DNA of 63,954 bases, filler included, from Lenisia limosa (taxonomy: Eukaryota; Protista; Breviatea), in NCBI GenBank assembly GCA_001655205.1. It is 6 parts of 6 records of this genome, joined end to end, with 100 filler letters (N's around TTAATTAATTAA, not from the genome) between each part and the next. Parts side by side here need not be neighbours in the genome. Positions count along the whole stretch, not along the records: positions 62,952 to 63,954 come from LPNZ01007909.1; 5 more parts are not named here. One strand, given 5' to 3'. This document shows, piece after piece, positions 63,007 to 63,954 of the stretch (within the stretch, counting starts at the first letter, position 1; each line of letters starts with the position of its first letter). The position numbers were made by a program, and so were the translations under genes. Below the pieces are notes generated by a model that searched no databases, was not told where the DNA came from, and saw nothing but the letters and a program-made list of their open reading frames with translations.

Positions 63007-63543
63007 CTGTCCCTGACTTAGAATAGGCTGGTACTTATCAACAGAGTCGTTGAACATGGTGACCTTGATCTCACCAGTCTACAGTGTTAAAAGCAATCTA
63101 TGATCAGCATGCAGAAAAAAACATATTGGTGGACGTGTATATGGCAGACTTAGCCAAAATGACATAAGAATACTAAGAGAAATTATGTGCTTCTCCCCTG
63201 AGGTCCCCCCCCCTCCTCCAGTCCCATTTACAGTGTCAGCACAGTCGAAGGCGAGGATCTTTCCCTCTCCCTTTGCGTTACTGTAAGTGCGAACGTCCTT
63301 CTAAATTTCTATTAATATAAAGGTCAATTTTGTGGTCCAGCTGGATACCAGAGGGGATCAAAAGACTTCAAAAAAAGCAAAAATATATAAAATTCAAAAA
63401 AGCACCAAGCCCCCCCAAAGATTACTGCATATGATATGAGGTGTATTTGTACTGCCGAATTCTAAAATATTTTGTCCTCTTGCCCCTCTTACCAGCTTGG
63501 TGATTTTGACCTTCAGTGAAAAGCGCTTGACATACTTGCTGAC
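63007..63543 (-). CDS. RPA1: Replication protein A 70 kDa-like OB fold (DBD-A), partial
   Basis: Three exons: VSKYVKRFSLKVKITKL / KDVRTYSNAKGEGKILAFDCADT / TGEIKVTMFNDSVDKYQPILSQGQ. These parallel the RPA70 DBD-A pattern (IRTWSNSRGEGK..DESGEIRAT.FN..VDKF). Confidence 0.75.
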
Positions 63544-63856
63544 CTGATAGAGTCACAAAAACAGCCCAATGTATTTATTTGTTTCCCTAGATTTTAATGA
63601 TATGATATCTATATATATAATATATATAATTTCTCTTGTACAAAAAACAGGGCAAACAGTATGCAGATACAAGGTGTAAGAAGGGTTGACAATACAACCG
63701 TCCAATGCAACCCTTCAGGTTACAGGCTCTCACTACCATGCGAAAGTTAACCATAAGTTGTATGAACAAATTGCAGACAAAACACAATCATTCATTTTCA
63801 GAAAATAAGATCCATACCCCCCGCCCGCGCCTGGTATATAGGCGTATATTATATCA

Positions 63857-63954
63857 TAGGGCTTCACTCGGTTCGAAAAAGACCGTCAAAATACCGACAG
63901 TTTTCGAGGATTTATCGAGAAATTCAGTCTTTTTTCGAACCGAAGTGAAGCCCT
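63857..63954. mobile_element. Family A MITE, near-intact, running to the window end
   Basis: TAGGGCTTCACTCGGTTCGAAAAAGAC...GTCTTTTTTCGAACCGAAGTGAAGCCCT. Confidence 0.9.

Noticed and set aside
33728-63954. Family A or B as introner elements that create introns
   Set aside because: Copies lie inside introns, tens of bases from the GT/AG sites, and do not supply the splice sites.

Overview
Eukaryotic, intron-dense nuclear DNA using the standard code, with GT-AG introns and short exons. Gene content (TKL kinase with a calponin-homology domain, MROH1, NFX1) suggests a protist, plausibly an amoebozoan; the taxon is an inference. The window is not one locus: five synthetic 100-bp linkers (N44-TTAATTAATTAA-N44) join six scaffolds (1-28353, 28454-38063, 38164-50196, 50297-59539, 59640-62851, 62952-63954), and many internal N gaps hide exons. 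Recognisable genes are TRM10, RPN11, SEC24, Tho1/SARNP, NFX1, MROH1, RPA1-like, an NME8/9-type thioredoxin apparently fused to ankyrin repeats, a BRCT protein (XRCC1-like) and a CH-domain TKL kinase, plus several unassigned coiled-coil or low-complexity genes. All gene models were spliced by eye, so boundaries are approximate. The most interesting signal is non-coding: introns are colonised by small mobile-element families. Family A is a ~75-115 bp palindromic MITE with TAGGG...CCCTA ends and 8-bp target-site duplications (hAT-like); it has two TIR subtypes and one composite dimer. Family B is a non-palindromic ~115-140 bp element with a 5' stem-loop, a short subterminal inverted repeat, a 3' cUUCGg hairpin and a T-rich tail, resembling a Helentron-associated (HINE/DINE-1-like) element. 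13 of 14 B copies lie sense to the host gene, and the single antisense copy lacks the tail that would read AATAAA. A 178-bp foldback hairpin is nested inside one B copy. No autonomous transposase is visible in the window.
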